Positions 51,082 to 61,405 of a DNA stretch of 64,000 bases are shown here, one piece after another. Location of the stretch: the NCBI GenBank assembly GCA_963813715.1, contig CAWFAK010000007.1, positions 704,001 to 768,000 on the forward strand, read 5' to 3'. The notes beneath the pieces are model-generated. The model had not been told where the DNA came from and made no database searches. It worked only from the letters and a program-made list of their open reading frames with translations. How positions within the stretch are numbered: position 1 is the stretch's first letter; the number at the start of each line of letters is the position of its first letter. Source of the DNA: an uncultured Planctomycetaceae bacterium (lineage in GTDB: Bacteria; Planctomycetota; Planctomycetia; Planctomycetales; Planctomycetaceae). The position numbers and the translations under genes are program-made.

Positions 51082-51699
51082 TTACCAGCCGTACGGAGCC
51101 CCATAGTACACGCTATAAGACAATGGCGTGCCGTAGGTGTTGTCGAACTGGTACGGCGCGACGTAGCCGTACTGCGGCACGTTCGGTTCGCCCGTGGCCG
51201 GGTACGGCATCTGGTTGAGCATCAGCCCCAGGGTCGCCTCACTGCGGTAAGAGGGATGGGCCACATACTCGGCGCGGCTGAACGGAACCGACCGATAGAC
51301 CTCGGCGTAACTGGGACGCCGCATCGGTCCAGCCGGGTGCGCGCTCCCAGGGATGATGCGGAGGCCGTCGGCGGCCGACGACTGCGGCGCTGCTGCTGCC
51401 GGAGGATTCGCCTGCGGCGCCGACTTCGTCCCCGGTTCGTACGGCGGGGGCGCGGGCTGAGACGGTGACGCCGGATGAGACGGGGGCGTCGCCTGTGCCA
51501 GCGTCAGCTTAGTGGCCGGTAGAATGCGGATCGTCCACGCATCCTTGTCCGCAGCCACGGCCGCGGACGACAAGGCGACCCCGACACACAAAGCGACGCA
51601 CAGGCGAGGAACCGAAATCCGCCGGACGAGCCCCACCGTGTTGTGCGCACGGGGGGCCGTCAGGCGGACTGGAATCCCGGAATTCTCAGGCACCGTCAT
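51082..51699 (-). CDS. Exported Pro/Tyr-rich hypothetical protein
   Basis: GGAG-like RBS context, hydrophobic signal LCVALCVGVALSSAAVA, motif YAEVYRSVPFSRAEYVAHPSYRSEATL. Confidence 0.6.
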   Translation of the reverse strand: MTVPENSGIPVRLTAPRAHNTVGLVRRISVPRLCVALCVGVALSSAAVAADKDAWTIRILPATKLTLAQATPPSHPASPSQPAPPPYEPGTKSAPQANPPAAAAPQSSAADGLRIIPGSAHPAGPMRRPSYAEVYRSVPFSRAEYVAHPSYRSEATLGLMLNQMPYPATGEPNVPQYGYVAPYQFDNTYGTPLSYSVYYGAPYGW

Positions 51700-51929
51700 A
51701 GGAGACTCTGCTTCAGAAGGGTTGGATTGTTTTGTCCGGATTGATTTCATTTTGCCGATTATTCTCATTTTACCTATCTTTACTGAGCGCGGTCAACGGG
51801 TTGGTTGACGTTCTGTGCGATCGCGGCTTAATCCGTCGACGTCGTTGACCGTGCTCAAGCACAACGTCTAAAGTAAATGCTCACCATGATTTGAAGCTCG
51901 TGGGCGTCATCCCAATCAGGACATCCGAG

Positions 51930-53315
51930 TTGGCAGCCAAAGCCTGGGGCGGTCGATTTCAGCAGGCCACCGATCCCCGCGTCGAGCGGTTCACCGAGTC
52001 GATCAGCTTCGATCGCCGTCTGGCCGCCGTCGACATTCGCGGCTCGAAGGCCCATGCGCAGATGCTGGCCCAGTCTGGCCTGATTACAAACGCCGAATGC
52101 CAGAAAATCCTCGCCACGCTGGACGAGATCGGGGCCGAGATCGAAGCGGGAACCTTTCCGTTCTGCACCGAGCTCGAAGACATCCATATGCACGTCGAGC
52201 AGGCGCTGATCGCCCGCACCGGCGACGTTGGCCGCAAGCTGCATACGGGCCGCAGCCGCAATGATCAGATTGCGACTGACCTCAAGCTCTTCGTGCGGGA
52301 CGCGGCCGCCCGAATTGACGCCTTGCTCGAGGGTCTCCAGCGAGCGTTCGTCGCCCGCAGTACGCGCGACGTGGACGTGGTCGTTCCCGGCTACACGCAT
52401 CTCCAACGGGCCCAGCCTGTGATGGTCGTGCATTACTGGCTGGCTTACTGCGAGAAACTTCAGCGCGACCGCGGTCGTATCAGCGACGCCGTCATGCGGC
52501 TCAATTTCTCGCCGTTGGGAGCGGCGGCCCTCGCCGGCACATCGCTCCCCATCGATCGCGAGCTGACTGCGAGGCTGCTCGAGTTCACCGGCCCTGCGGC
52601 CAACAGTCTCGACATCACCGGCGATCGCGACTTTCTCGTCGAGTTCTTGTTCGCGCTCTCCCTCATCGCCGTGCATCTGAGCGGCTGGGCTCAGGAGTGG
52701 ATTTCCTGGTTCTCCACCGAATTCGGCTTCCTGAAGTTGCCCGACTCGCTGACGACCGGCTCCTCGATCATGCCGCAAAAGCGCAATCCCGACGTGCTCG
52801 AGCTGATTCGCGGCAAGTCGGCCCGCGTGGTCGGCGCCCTCACGCAGGGACTGTTTTTGCTCAAGGATTTGCCCCTGGCGTACAACCGCGACTTGCAGGA
52901 AGACAAGGTGCCGCTTTTCGAGGCCTACGACACGCTGTCCGCGTGCCTGGAGCTGGCGGCCGAGCTTGTCGCGGGCGCGGAATTGCAGCGTGAGCGGATC
53001 GCCTCCCGGTTGGAGGAAGGATTCCTCGACGCGACGGCGCTGATGGAATACCTGATTCGCCGCGGCGTGCCGATGCGCACGGCGCACGAGACGGTGGGCA
53101 AGCTGGTCGCCGCCTGCGAAGCCGAGCGGACTCGCCTCGCGCAACTGCCGCTCGAACGCTTGCAAGCGGTCTGTGACAAGATCGGGCCGGACGTCGCCGG
53201 AGTGCTCGGCGTCGAAAACGCGATGAAGGCCCTTTCGAGCTTCGGCTCCGGCGGACGCGGGCCTGTGCTCGAGCAGCTGGCCCGCTGGCAGGCGAAGCTC
53301 GGCATGCATGCGTAA
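51930..53315 (+). CDS. argH: Argininosuccinate lyase
   Basis: [51 protein letters not shown]. Confidence 0.97.
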   Translation: MAAKAWGGRFQQATDPRVERFTESISFDRRLAAVDIRGSKAHAQMLAQSGLITNAECQKILATLDEIGAEIEAGTFPFCTELEDIHMHVEQALIARTGDVGRKLHTGRSRNDQIATDLKLFVRDAAARIDALLEGLQRAFVARSTRDVDVVVPGYTHLQRAQPVMVVHYWLAYCEKLQRDRGRISDAVMRLNFSPLGAAALAGTSLPIDRELTARLLEFTGPAANSLDITGDRDFLVEFLFALSLIAVHLSGWAQEWISWFSTEFGFLKLPDSLTTGSSIMPQKRNPDVLELIRGKSARVVGALTQGLFLLKDLPLAYNRDLQEDKVPLFEAYDTLSACLELAAELVAGAELQRERIASRLEEGFLDATALMEYLIRRGVPMRTAHETVGKLVAACEAERTRLAQLPLERLQAVCDKIGPDVAGVLGVENAMKALSSFGSGGRGPVLEQLARWQAKLGMHA

Positions 53316-54137
53316 CATCCGGCTCACGCTGGCGTACGACGGCACCGGCTATGTCGGCTGGCAGATTCAGCCCAACGGAATTTCGGTGCAATCAGTGGTC
53401 GAAGCGGGCATTCGCGAATTCAGCGGAACCAAGCCGTCGCTGATCGCGGCGGGCCGGACGGACGCCGGCGTGCACGCGCTGGGCCAGGTCGCCAACTTCC
53501 AGACCGAGTCCGCCATCCCTTGCCAGGGATTTCGCGCGGGGCTGCAGGCGTATCTGCCTCGCGACATAGTGGTGGTCGACGCTGATGAAGTGCCACTCGA
53601 CTTTCATGCGACGTACGCGGCCAAGCGGAAGCGGTATCGCTACGTGATTCAAAACGCCCGCGCGGCTCATCCCTTCTTACGCAATTACGTCTACGAGTAT
53701 CATGCCCACCTCGACGAGCAAGAGATGCACGCCGCCGGCCAGGTCTTCGTCGGCACGCACGACTTTCGCGCCTTCGAGACGCAGCACCCCAACACGGCCA
53801 GCAGCGTGCGGACCGTGTTCGAGCTGAACGTCCGCCGCTTGGCCGAATGGACGGCCTGGAATGCCGGCCGGCCGGCGCGCCTGAGGAGCCCAACTCCGAT
53901 TTGCCGGCGGCTAACCCGGTAGGAGAATTCGTCGCGATCGACATCGTCGCCAACGGCTTCCTCTATAACATGGTCCGCACCATTGCCGGGACGTTGATCC
54001 GCGTCGGCGAGCATAAGTGGGATGCGGCCCACGTGGATGAGATCCTCGAGCATGGTTCGCGTCCTCAGGCGGGCCCGACCGCCCCCGCGTGCGGCCTCTA
54101 TTTGGTCCGAGTCGAGTATGACGAGGCACGCACGTGA
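53308..54137 (+). CDS. truA: tRNA pseudouridine(38-40) synthase (apparent frameshift ~53860-53920)
   Basis: [32 protein letters not shown]; the C-terminal [17 protein letters not shown] lies in a different frame. Confidence 0.92.
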
Positions 54138-55294
54138 AATTTCGCGTCGTGCATTTCATCACGCGGTTGATCATCGGCGGCGCGCAAGAGAACACTCTGC
54201 TGACGGTCGAAGATCAGCATCGTCTGTACGGCGACGAGGTGACGCTCATCTCCGGCCCGGGACTCGGTCCCGAGGGAACGCTGGTCGAGCGGGCCCAAAG
54301 CGGCGGCCTCGACCTGCGGATCATTCCCGAACTTCGACGGAGCATCCATCCCTGGCGTGACTGGCGCAGCTATCGCCGATTGCTCGCGCTGCTGCGGGAA
54401 ATTCGGCCGCAAATTGTCCACACGCATAGCTCGAAGGCCGGGATCCTCGGACGCCTGGCGGCGAGCCGTCTCGGCATTCCGGCCGTGCACACCATCCACG
54501 GCGCCTCATTTCATTACGGCCAGAATCCGCTCGCCTATCAAAGCTACATCCTGGCCGAGAAATGGGCCGCGCGGCACTGCCGAAAGTTCATCAGCGTGTG
54601 TGACGCCATGACCGATCAATACGTGCAAGCCGGCATCGCGCCGCGCGATCGGTTCGTCACGATCTACAGCGGCATGGAGGTCGAGCCGTTCCTCAACCCG
54701 CCGCGACCGCGCGACGAAGTCAGGCGGCAGTTGGGATTCGGTCCGGAGCACGTGGTCATCACGAAGGTGGCGCGGCTGTTTCATCTCAAAGGGCACGAGT
54801 GCGTGATCGCGGCGGCCGGCCGAGTCGCCCGCGAACATCCCCACGTCCGTTTCCTGTTCGTGGGGGACGGCATTCTCCGCGACCAGTTCCAACGTCAGAT
54901 CAAAGAAGCCGGGCTGAGCGACGCGTTCGTGTTCACCGGCCTCGTTCCTCCGCAGCAAGTCCCCGAGTTGATCCAGGCGTCCGACGTGATCGTGCATACC
55001 AGTCTCTGGGAGGGATTGGCACGCGTGCTTCCGCAAGCTTTGATCGCCGGGAAACCGGTGGTCAGTTATGACGTCGATGGAGCGAGGGAGGTCGTGATTC
55101 CCGGACAGACCGGATACCTGCTTCCACGGCAGTCCGTCCATGATTTGTCCGCGGCGCTTTGTGAATTAGTGGCGGACCCCGCGCTGCGCGAACGACTCGG
55201 ACGGACCGGACGCGAGCGGTTTGTCGAACAGTTCCGCCACGAGACGATGACTCGTCGCATTCGCGAGGTCTACGAATCCCTCCTTGCGGGATGA
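54134..55294 (+). CDS. Glycosyltransferase family 4 protein
   Basis: ITRLIIGGAQ, HTHSSKAGILGR, KGH, WEGLARVLPQAL. Confidence 0.9.
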   Translation: MKFRVVHFITRLIIGGAQENTLLTVEDQHRLYGDEVTLISGPGLGPEGTLVERAQSGGLDLRIIPELRRSIHPWRDWRSYRRLLALLREIRPQIVHTHSSKAGILGRLAASRLGIPAVHTIHGASFHYGQNPLAYQSYILAEKWAARHCRKFISVCDAMTDQYVQAGIAPRDRFVTIYSGMEVEPFLNPPRPRDEVRRQLGFGPEHVVITKVARLFHLKGHECVIAAAGRVAREHPHVRFLFVGDGILRDQFQRQIKEAGLSDAFVFTGLVPPQQVPELIQASDVIVHTSLWEGLARVLPQALIAGKPVVSYDVDGAREVVIPGQTGYLLPRQSVHDLSAALCELVADPALRERLGRTGRERFVEQFRHETMTRRIREVYESLLAG

Positions 55295-55455
55295 CCGGCC
55301 TTGCTGGTCGTTGCGGAGCCAGGTGGCCAACTCGATCAGTTTTACCGGAACGCCGTTTGCTTGCCCATCCTCCCTTGTCACCGCAGGGGTCCAGCGGTCA
55401 GACTGGTAACTCAACCTCGGGTTCGTCGGCTACGGTCAGCAACAGGGAGTCATCG

Positions 55456-56583
55456 ATGCCTACACGACGGTCCGCTCTACGGCTCTTCCTCTTCTCTGCG
55501 TCGGTGTTCACTGCGTCGCTGTTCGCTGACCCATCCGGGAGCCTCGGGACGCCGGCGTCCGCCGCCGATCATCCGGTAATTACCAGCCTCGACGACGTCG
55601 ACGCCGACTACGCCTTCCAGGGCGAGTACTACGGAACGCTGGCCCGGACGGGGGGAGGCCCGTGGGAAACGATCGGGCTGCAAGTCGCCGCCCGCGGAGC
55701 CGGCGAGTACATCGCCACCTATTATCCCGGCGGCCTGCCGGGCCTCGGCTGGCTCGGCGAGCCGCCCATGCACCTCCGCGGACGCCGCGAACCGGATCGC
55801 CTGCAGCTGTTCGGTGGCAATCTTGGGTTCATCGTCTCGGACAACATGGCCTGGCGGATCGACGAGAATCAGGAAATTCACAGCTGGGTCAACAAGGTCA
55901 ACCGCATCAGCCCCACGCTGGGCCAGTCCCCACCGCTCGGCGCCGTGGTACTCTTCGATGGCCGGGCGTCCGATTCGCTCGACAACGCTCAGCTGACCGC
56001 CGACCGTCTGCTGAAGGAAGGCGCTTCGGCCCGCGAGACTTACCAGGACTACTTCCTGCACGTCGAATTCCAGTGCTCATACATGCCGGACGACCGAGGC
56101 CAGGCCCGTTCCAACAGCGGCGTTTACCTGCAATCGCGCTACGAGATCCAGATTCTCGACTCGTTCGCTCTCGCGGGCCTGTCGAATGAGTGCGGCGGCA
56201 TTTACAAGTTCCGGCGGCCTGACGTGAATATGTGCCTGCCACCGCTCATCTGGCAGACCTACGACATCGACTTCCGCGACGCCCGTTTCGACGTGGCCGG
56301 TATGAAGACCGAAGATGCGATGGTCAACGTCTGGCAGAACGGCTATCCGATCCACGAACAGATCGCCATTCCGCACCCGACCGGCCATGGCAAGCCGGAA
56401 TCGCCCAACCTGCTGCCGATTGTCTTCCAGCAGCACGGGAATCCGGTCCGCTTCCGCAACATCTGGCTGGTGGTCAACACCAAGGACACCCCGCACTACA
56501 TTCCGCAGTTACCCCTCAAGGTCTACCAATTCCCGGGTGACTCTTACGGCACTGTTTGGCTGCACGTTCCCCACGCGCATTAA
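55456..56583 (+). CDS. DUF1080 domain exported protein
   Basis: Signal peptide; AVVLFDG, LHVEF, NSGVYLQSRYEIQILDS, WQTYDIDF, VRFRNIW. Confidence 0.85.
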   Translation: MPTRRSALRLFLFSASVFTASLFADPSGSLGTPASAADHPVITSLDDVDADYAFQGEYYGTLARTGGGPWETIGLQVAARGAGEYIATYYPGGLPGLGWLGEPPMHLRGRREPDRLQLFGGNLGFIVSDNMAWRIDENQEIHSWVNKVNRISPTLGQSPPLGAVVLFDGRASDSLDNAQLTADRLLKEGASARETYQDYFLHVEFQCSYMPDDRGQARSNSGVYLQSRYEIQILDSFALAGLSNECGGIYKFRRPDVNMCLPPLIWQTYDIDFRDARFDVAGMKTEDAMVNVWQNGYPIHEQIAIPHPTGHGKPESPNLLPIVFQQHGNPVRFRNIWLVVNTKDTPHYIPQLPLKVYQFPGDSYGTVWLHVPHAH

Positions 56584-56613
56584 CGGACGGGCGGCCACTT
56601 AGCTCTGAAATAA

Positions 56614-56666
56614 CGGGTCCGGACGCGTCCTCAATCTGTGAAAGCGTCCGGACCCGACTCTTTTTC
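56614..56666 (+). terminator. Inverted repeat: intrinsic terminator or REP-like element
   Basis: CGGGTCCGGACGC-N17-GCGTCCGGACCCG (13-bp perfect stem) followed by ACTCTTTTT. Confidence 0.55.
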
Positions 56667-56775
56667 TGCGAGCCGCTGGACAGTCCGTTCCACCCGGCGG
56701 CACGCCGATTGCTTTAGCTGACAGCCGACGGCATTAAAATCATGCCCGCTTGCCCACGCACCCACGCCGCCGACA

Positions 56776-57711
56776 GTGGCGAAGTCTTCTGGAGCGCGCG
56801 GCAGGCTCGCCCACCACGCAATCCGGCAGACTTCATTCGTGAAAAATCAAACCAAGGCGAAAGCCAAGCCAGCGAAGGCGTCCGCGAAGGCCGCCACGCG
56901 GCTCCCCTCCGAAAAAACGGCGCGACGCAACGGAGTGGCTGAGTCGAAACAGGGACTCGATCAGGCCCGTGACGGAGCGCCTCATCGCATCCTGGTGATC
57001 GACATCGGCGGCACCAAGGTCAAGGTGCTGGCCTCGGGCGAAACCGAGGTTCGCAAGACCGAATCGGGCCCGACGTTCTCGCCGAGCAAACTGGTGGAGA
57101 CAGCCAAGGAACTGGCCAAGGGCTGGAAGTATGACGCCATCTCACTCGGGTATCCGGGGCGGGTGGGTCCCGCCGGCCCGAGCTCGGAGGCGGGCAATCT
57201 CGCGCCCGGCTGGGTCGGTTTCGATTTCGCGGCCGCCTTTCAAATGCCGGTCCGCGTCCTGAACGACGCGGCCATGCAGGCCCTCGGCAGCTACGAAGGG
57301 GGCCGCATGCTGTTCCTCGGTCTCGGGACGGGGCTCGGATCAACGCTCATTTCGCAGAACGCCATCGTGCCGCTGGAACTGGGCGGCCTGCGCTATTCCC
57401 GGACTCAAACACTCGGCCAGATGCTGGGGCGCGATGGACTCAAGCGGATCGGGAAGAAGGCGTGGCGCGCAGCGGTCGCGGCTATCGTCCACGAATTCCT
57501 GGCCGCCTTCGAGGTCGAATACGTCGTGTTAGGGGGCGGGAATTCCAAGGAAGTCAAGGACCTGCCGGCAGGGGCCCGCATCGGGCACAACCAGACGGCC
57601 TTTCGCGGCGGCTTTCGCCTCTGGAATTTGGAGGACGTGAAGACCCTGTCGCCCGGCGAGATTCCCGATTGCCCCGGACCGCCCTCCCCGGCCGATTGGC
57701 GAATCCTTTAA
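56776..57711 (+). CDS. ppgK: ROK family polyphosphate glucokinase-like protein (start may be GTG 56839)
   Basis: IDIGGTKVK, NDAAMQALGSY, LFLGLGTGLGS, ELG, VVLGGGN. Confidence 0.75.
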   Translation: MAKSSGARGRLAHHAIRQTSFVKNQTKAKAKPAKASAKAATRLPSEKTARRNGVAESKQGLDQARDGAPHRILVIDIGGTKVKVLASGETEVRKTESGPTFSPSKLVETAKELAKGWKYDAISLGYPGRVGPAGPSSEAGNLAPGWVGFDFAAAFQMPVRVLNDAAMQALGSYEGGRMLFLGLGTGLGSTLISQNAIVPLELGGLRYSRTQTLGQMLGRDGLKRIGKKAWRAAVAAIVHEFLAAFEVEYVVLGGGNSKEVKDLPAGARIGHNQTAFRGGFRLWNLEDVKTLSPGEIPDCPGPPSPADWRIL

Positions 57712-57759
57712 TCTCTCGGAACTGGATCGGGACTGTGCCTGGCCGCGGTCGTTTAGTCC

Positions 57760-58446
57760 TCACTTGGCCAGCTCAAACGTGCTCTCCTTGGCGAGCAGAC
57801 GATCGATAACCTCGACGACACCCCGGCTGGCCGGCTGCTCGGTGACGAACGCGGCCGCTTCCTGCAGCAAGGGCACTGCGTTGCTCACGGCGATTCCCAG
57901 CCCCGCAGTCGACAAGAGCGAATGGTCGTTCTCGCCGTCGCCGATCGCGACAACTTCCGATGGCGGGATCATCATCCGCTCAAGCACCGTCGTCAGGCCG
58001 GTCCCCTTGTTGACGGCCGAGGGGAGCACCATCACGGCCCCCTTGTTGAAAATCACCTGCAACTCCAAGCCCAGGTCGCGGATCGTTTGCAGGACGATGT
58101 GCTCATTCGGCTGAACGGTCGCCACGATCGTTCGTCCGACGGAGAGCGGCGTCACGCCCCGTTCCCTGAGCAGCGCCACAAAAGCATCGGGTGGCGGCGG
58201 CGCGAGCGCTTCTTCGACCTTCGTTGCCGGGCGATAGAGGGTCGCGCCGTTTTCCGTCACCACGTACTCGAAGAGCGATAGATCACTAAACGTCTGTTGA
58301 ATGTCGATCAGCTCGCGGCCCGTCACCAGGATCAGCTGGCGACCCGAAGCACGCAACTGACGCAACGCCTGTGCCGTGCGTGCATCGACTTTTCCGTCGT
58401 CGGCAAGAGTGCCATCGTAGTCGCTGGCGAGAACGCGATATCGCAT
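57760..58446 (-). CDS. HAD-IIB (Cof-like) hydrolase
   Basis: DYDGTLA, VTGR, ENGA, NKGTGL, IGDGENDHSLL. Confidence 0.88.
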   Translation of the reverse strand: MRYRVLASDYDGTLADDGKVDARTAQALRQLRASGRQLILVTGRELIDIQQTFSDLSLFEYVVTENGATLYRPATKVEEALAPPPPDAFVALLRERGVTPLSVGRTIVATVQPNEHIVLQTIRDLGLELQVIFNKGAVMVLPSAVNKGTGLTTVLERMMIPPSEVVAIGDGENDHSLLSTAGLGIAVSNAVPLLQEAAAFVTEQPASRGVVEVIDRLLAKESTFELAK

Positions 58447-58704
58447 CCTTATCCCGCGAATTGGCCCGTGGGTGTTCGTTCTGATCCAATTCTTGGTTAC
58501 TGATCCAATTGTCGGTGACGCGTAGATGCAATTGCCGGACCAAAAGTGGCCCCTCGAACATGGGCTTATGACCATTTTCTGCCCAAGCGCGCATTCTCCC
58601 CCGGTTCATTCTGCCCAAGCTCAGAACGAGAGCCGCATGGCCACACAGCCTTTCCGATGCCGGCTAGCCTCAGGTAGAAGAGATTCGCGAGGTCTAAAAG
58701 TGTC

Positions 58705-59355
58705 ATGAGCAAACACGTGAGGCTTTCTCCGGAAGTGGCCGAGGTCGCGCTCGCCCATTTGAGCGCCGTCGATCCCGTCATGCGGCACTTGATCGCGTCG
58801 ATCGGACCGTTCGGCCTGAAGCCGTTGCGCAATCGCTTTCACACTCTCGTGCGTTCCATCGTCAGCCAACAGATCTCCACGAAGGCGGCCGACTCGATTC
58901 GCCGAAAGCTCGAAGCGACGGTCGAGCCCTACGGCGGCCTGACGCCGGAGGCAATCCTGAAACTGTCGACTGCGAAGATGCGTAAAGCGGGCCTCTCGCC
59001 CCAGAAGCAAACCTATCTGCGCGATCTGGCCGAACGGGTCCATCAGCGGCAAGTGCGCTTGGATCGTCTGCATCGCCTGCCCGACGAGGAAGTGATCGCC
59101 GAGCTGATTCAAGTGAAGGGCATCGGGCGCTGGACCGCGCAGATGTTCTTGATCTTTACCCTGGCGCGGGCCGACGTGTTTCCGCACGACGATTTGGGTG
59201 TGCGCGCGGCCATCAAGCGTTTCTATCGCCTCGAAGAGCTGCCCGACAAAGAGACCGCGCACCGCATCGCCGAGTCGTGGCGGCCGTATGCCACCGTCGC
59301 CAGCTGGTATTGCTGGCGGAGCCTTGCGCTGCCGGCAGAGTCTGTCGCGCCCTAG
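58705..59355 (+). CDS. alkA: DNA-3-methyladenine glycosylase II family protein
   Basis: SIVSQQIS, GLSPQK, HhH motif VKGIGRWTAQM, DDLGVR, WRPYAT. Confidence 0.88.
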   Translation: MSKHVRLSPEVAEVALAHLSAVDPVMRHLIASIGPFGLKPLRNRFHTLVRSIVSQQISTKAADSIRRKLEATVEPYGGLTPEAILKLSTAKMRKAGLSPQKQTYLRDLAERVHQRQVRLDRLHRLPDEEVIAELIQVKGIGRWTAQMFLIFTLARADVFPHDDLGVRAAIKRFYRLEELPDKETAHRIAESWRPYATVASWYCWRSLALPAESVAP

Positions 59356-59511
59356 CCTTTGGCCTCGATCAGCGGCTGACAGGAAATCACGGCAGAGCGC
59401 GCGGATTGGGTCAAGTTTGAGGACTCTGCAGACCGATAACGCGCCTGGGCCGCCCTCGCATTGCCGCACTGCGTTCGCGTGCGCGCAGTCTCTTCGCCCG
59501 GAGAAGCAAAA

Positions 59512-60303
59512 GTGAAATCGCTGCGGCTCTTGCTGGCGATCGTGCTGTTGGTCCTCGCGGGTGATTCGTTTGCCGGTGGCAACAAGCCACCGAAACCGGC
59601 GACCAAAGACAAGCCGGCAACGGAACCTCTGCCGAGCTTCGACCTGGTGACCAAGCAGGTGCAGCAAGTGCTGGCCCTCGACCCCGACTATCAAACGGGA
59701 GACCTGCTGACGGCGCCCAAGGTCGAGCGCGTGCTGAGCAAGCTCGAGAAGATCAACTGGAAGGTCGCCGACGCGCGCGAGATCGTGAAGCTCGTCCTCT
59801 CCGACAACGACTGGATGGCCGAGCGACTGTCGACTGCCGAAGGCCGCGATTTCATGCGGCACATCGCCCGCTTGCCCGGCGGATACGATCGGGTCGATCG
59901 CCTCCGCGACATGCCGAACGGTCAATCGAATGTCTCCGACTTCATCGACTCGCCCGGCGGCTACACGATGATCGAGTATATGACCACCACGCGCGGGGGC
60001 GAGAACCTGGGCGACCAATTGTCGGACGCCGTCAATGGGGCCGATTTCAACAAGCCGACCGGCCGCATCTACACCGAACGCGAGCTGCTGAAGCGATTGA
60101 AAATCAGCTACGACTTCGAAGTGGACCGCCGCAAGGGGCTGGAGCCCAAGCCGACGACGAAGCCGGGCAAACCCGAGTCCAAGACCAAATGGAAGTCGAA
60201 GGGCCCGTGGAAACCGAATCGCACAGCCCGCCCGCAACCCATGCCCGACGCCGAAGAGCCCATGGCTCCCACGGAATTTCAGGACGGCGTGCCCCAGTCG
60301 TAA
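59512..60303 (+). CDS. Exported hypothetical protein
   Basis: GTG start with signal KSLRLLLAIVLLVLAGDSFA; strong coding-type codon usage; motif DFNKPTGRIYT. Confidence 0.7.
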   Translation: MKSLRLLLAIVLLVLAGDSFAGGNKPPKPATKDKPATEPLPSFDLVTKQVQQVLALDPDYQTGDLLTAPKVERVLSKLEKINWKVADAREIVKLVLSDNDWMAERLSTAEGRDFMRHIARLPGGYDRVDRLRDMPNGQSNVSDFIDSPGGYTMIEYMTTTRGGENLGDQLSDAVNGADFNKPTGRIYTERELLKRLKISYDFEVDRRKGLEPKPTTKPGKPESKTKWKSKGPWKPNRTARPQPMPDAEEPMAPTEFQDGVPQS

Positions 60304-60364
60304 GGCGGCTGTCTTGTCGTCAGGTTCTTGCCCGCTCCGGTCGGCTCTGATAGCGTAGACCCGG

Positions 60365-61405
60365 TTGTCGGCACGAAGCGCTCTGGTGAGACGACTCCTC
60401 TCTGCGGATTTCCGGCGATGCACAGAATCTCGGGCTGTCGCCCCGCTTATTGTCGTTGGTGTCGCAGTCTTCGCCGCCGGGGCTGCGTTTCTGTCGGCCG
60501 AACCGCCTTCAGCCGTATCCTTGGCCCAGAAAGACGCCGACGCGAAGCCCGCTGAGGCTAAACCGAGCAGTAGCAAGAAAGCGGCGATTGGCCGTGTGCA
60601 TCCGGGTGACAAAGACGCGCCCGTGCGTTTGCCCCGCTGGTGGAAGGCAAGCGAGCCGGTGCCAATCGTCAAATCGAATTGCGTCCGCTGCCATCTCACG
60701 GCCGGTCGCGAGTTGACGGCTCCGGCGCAGGACTTCGCCCGCAGTGTGCACGACCTGCACGGGATGACCTGTTCCGACTGTCACGGCGGCAATCGGGACA
60801 AGGATGAGTCGGCTCACGAACCAGAATTCGGCTTCATCGGCACCAAGCTCAGCGCCCACATGGCCGGTTGCGCCGAGTGCCACGACGAGCAAGCCGAGAC
60901 GGTGAAGTCGGGGCCGCACTATTGGGATTTCTCCAAGCAGGTGAATCTTAAGTACCCCGTCTGCAGCGACTGCCACGGTCATCACGACGTGGAAAAGCCG
61001 CCGGCCGAGTTTTCCCTCAAAACCGTCTGCCGCGAGTGCCATCTCAATTTCGAGCACGACATGCCCCACGCGGCCGCGGTAGTGATCGAGAACGACCGGC
61101 TGTGGGACGTGATCCGCAAAGTGCAGGAACGCAACGTCAAGAACGAAAAGCCGGTCCCCGATCAGTTCCACCAGGATCTGGAGGCGGCCCGCCACCTGAC
61201 GGCCGAGCTGATCCATCCGGCCCACAAGATCACGGAAAAGCAGGCCGCCGAGCTTAATGTTCACGTGCAGACGGTGCGCGGACGACTCGAACGGTGGCTG
61301 CTTGAAGACGCTGCTCATTCCACCACAAAGTCTCCGACAGCGCACGCTCCCGCTTCCAAAACAGCTCCCTCAACTCCAGCAGATCGGTCGAAAGATGCAC
61401 CCTAA
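60365..61405 (+). CDS. Pentaheme c-type cytochrome (true start possibly ATG 60418 with a frameshift)
   Basis: Five CxxCH motifs (CVRCH, CSDCH, CAECH, CSDCH, CRECH) and a signal-like hydrophobic segment. Confidence 0.85.
   Translation: MSARSALVRRLLSADFRRCTESRAVAPLIVVGVAVFAAGAAFLSAEPPSAVSLAQKDADAKPAEAKPSSSKKAAIGRVHPGDKDAPVRLPRWWKASEPVPIVKSNCVRCHLTAGRELTAPAQDFARSVHDLHGMTCSDCHGGNRDKDESAHEPEFGFIGTKLSAHMAGCAECHDEQAETVKSGPHYWDFSKQVNLKYPVCSDCHGHHDVEKPPAEFSLKTVCRECHLNFEHDMPHAAAVVIENDRLWDVIRKVQERNVKNEKPVPDQFHQDLEAARHLTAELIHPAHKITEKQAAELNVHVQTVRGRLERWLLEDAAHSTTKSPTAHAPASKTAPSTPADRSKDAP

Noticed and set aside
51855..53345. 496-aa minus-strand ORF
   Set aside because: Antisense shadow of argH, typical of high-GC DNA.
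53308..54137. truA and other split genes as pseudogenes or programmed frameshifts
   Set aside because: Breaks are scattered across unrelated genes without common slippery sites; sequencing error is more parsimonious.
58621..60699. 692-aa minus-strand ORF
   Set aside because: Antisense shadow of alkA and the following genes; no recognisable motifs.
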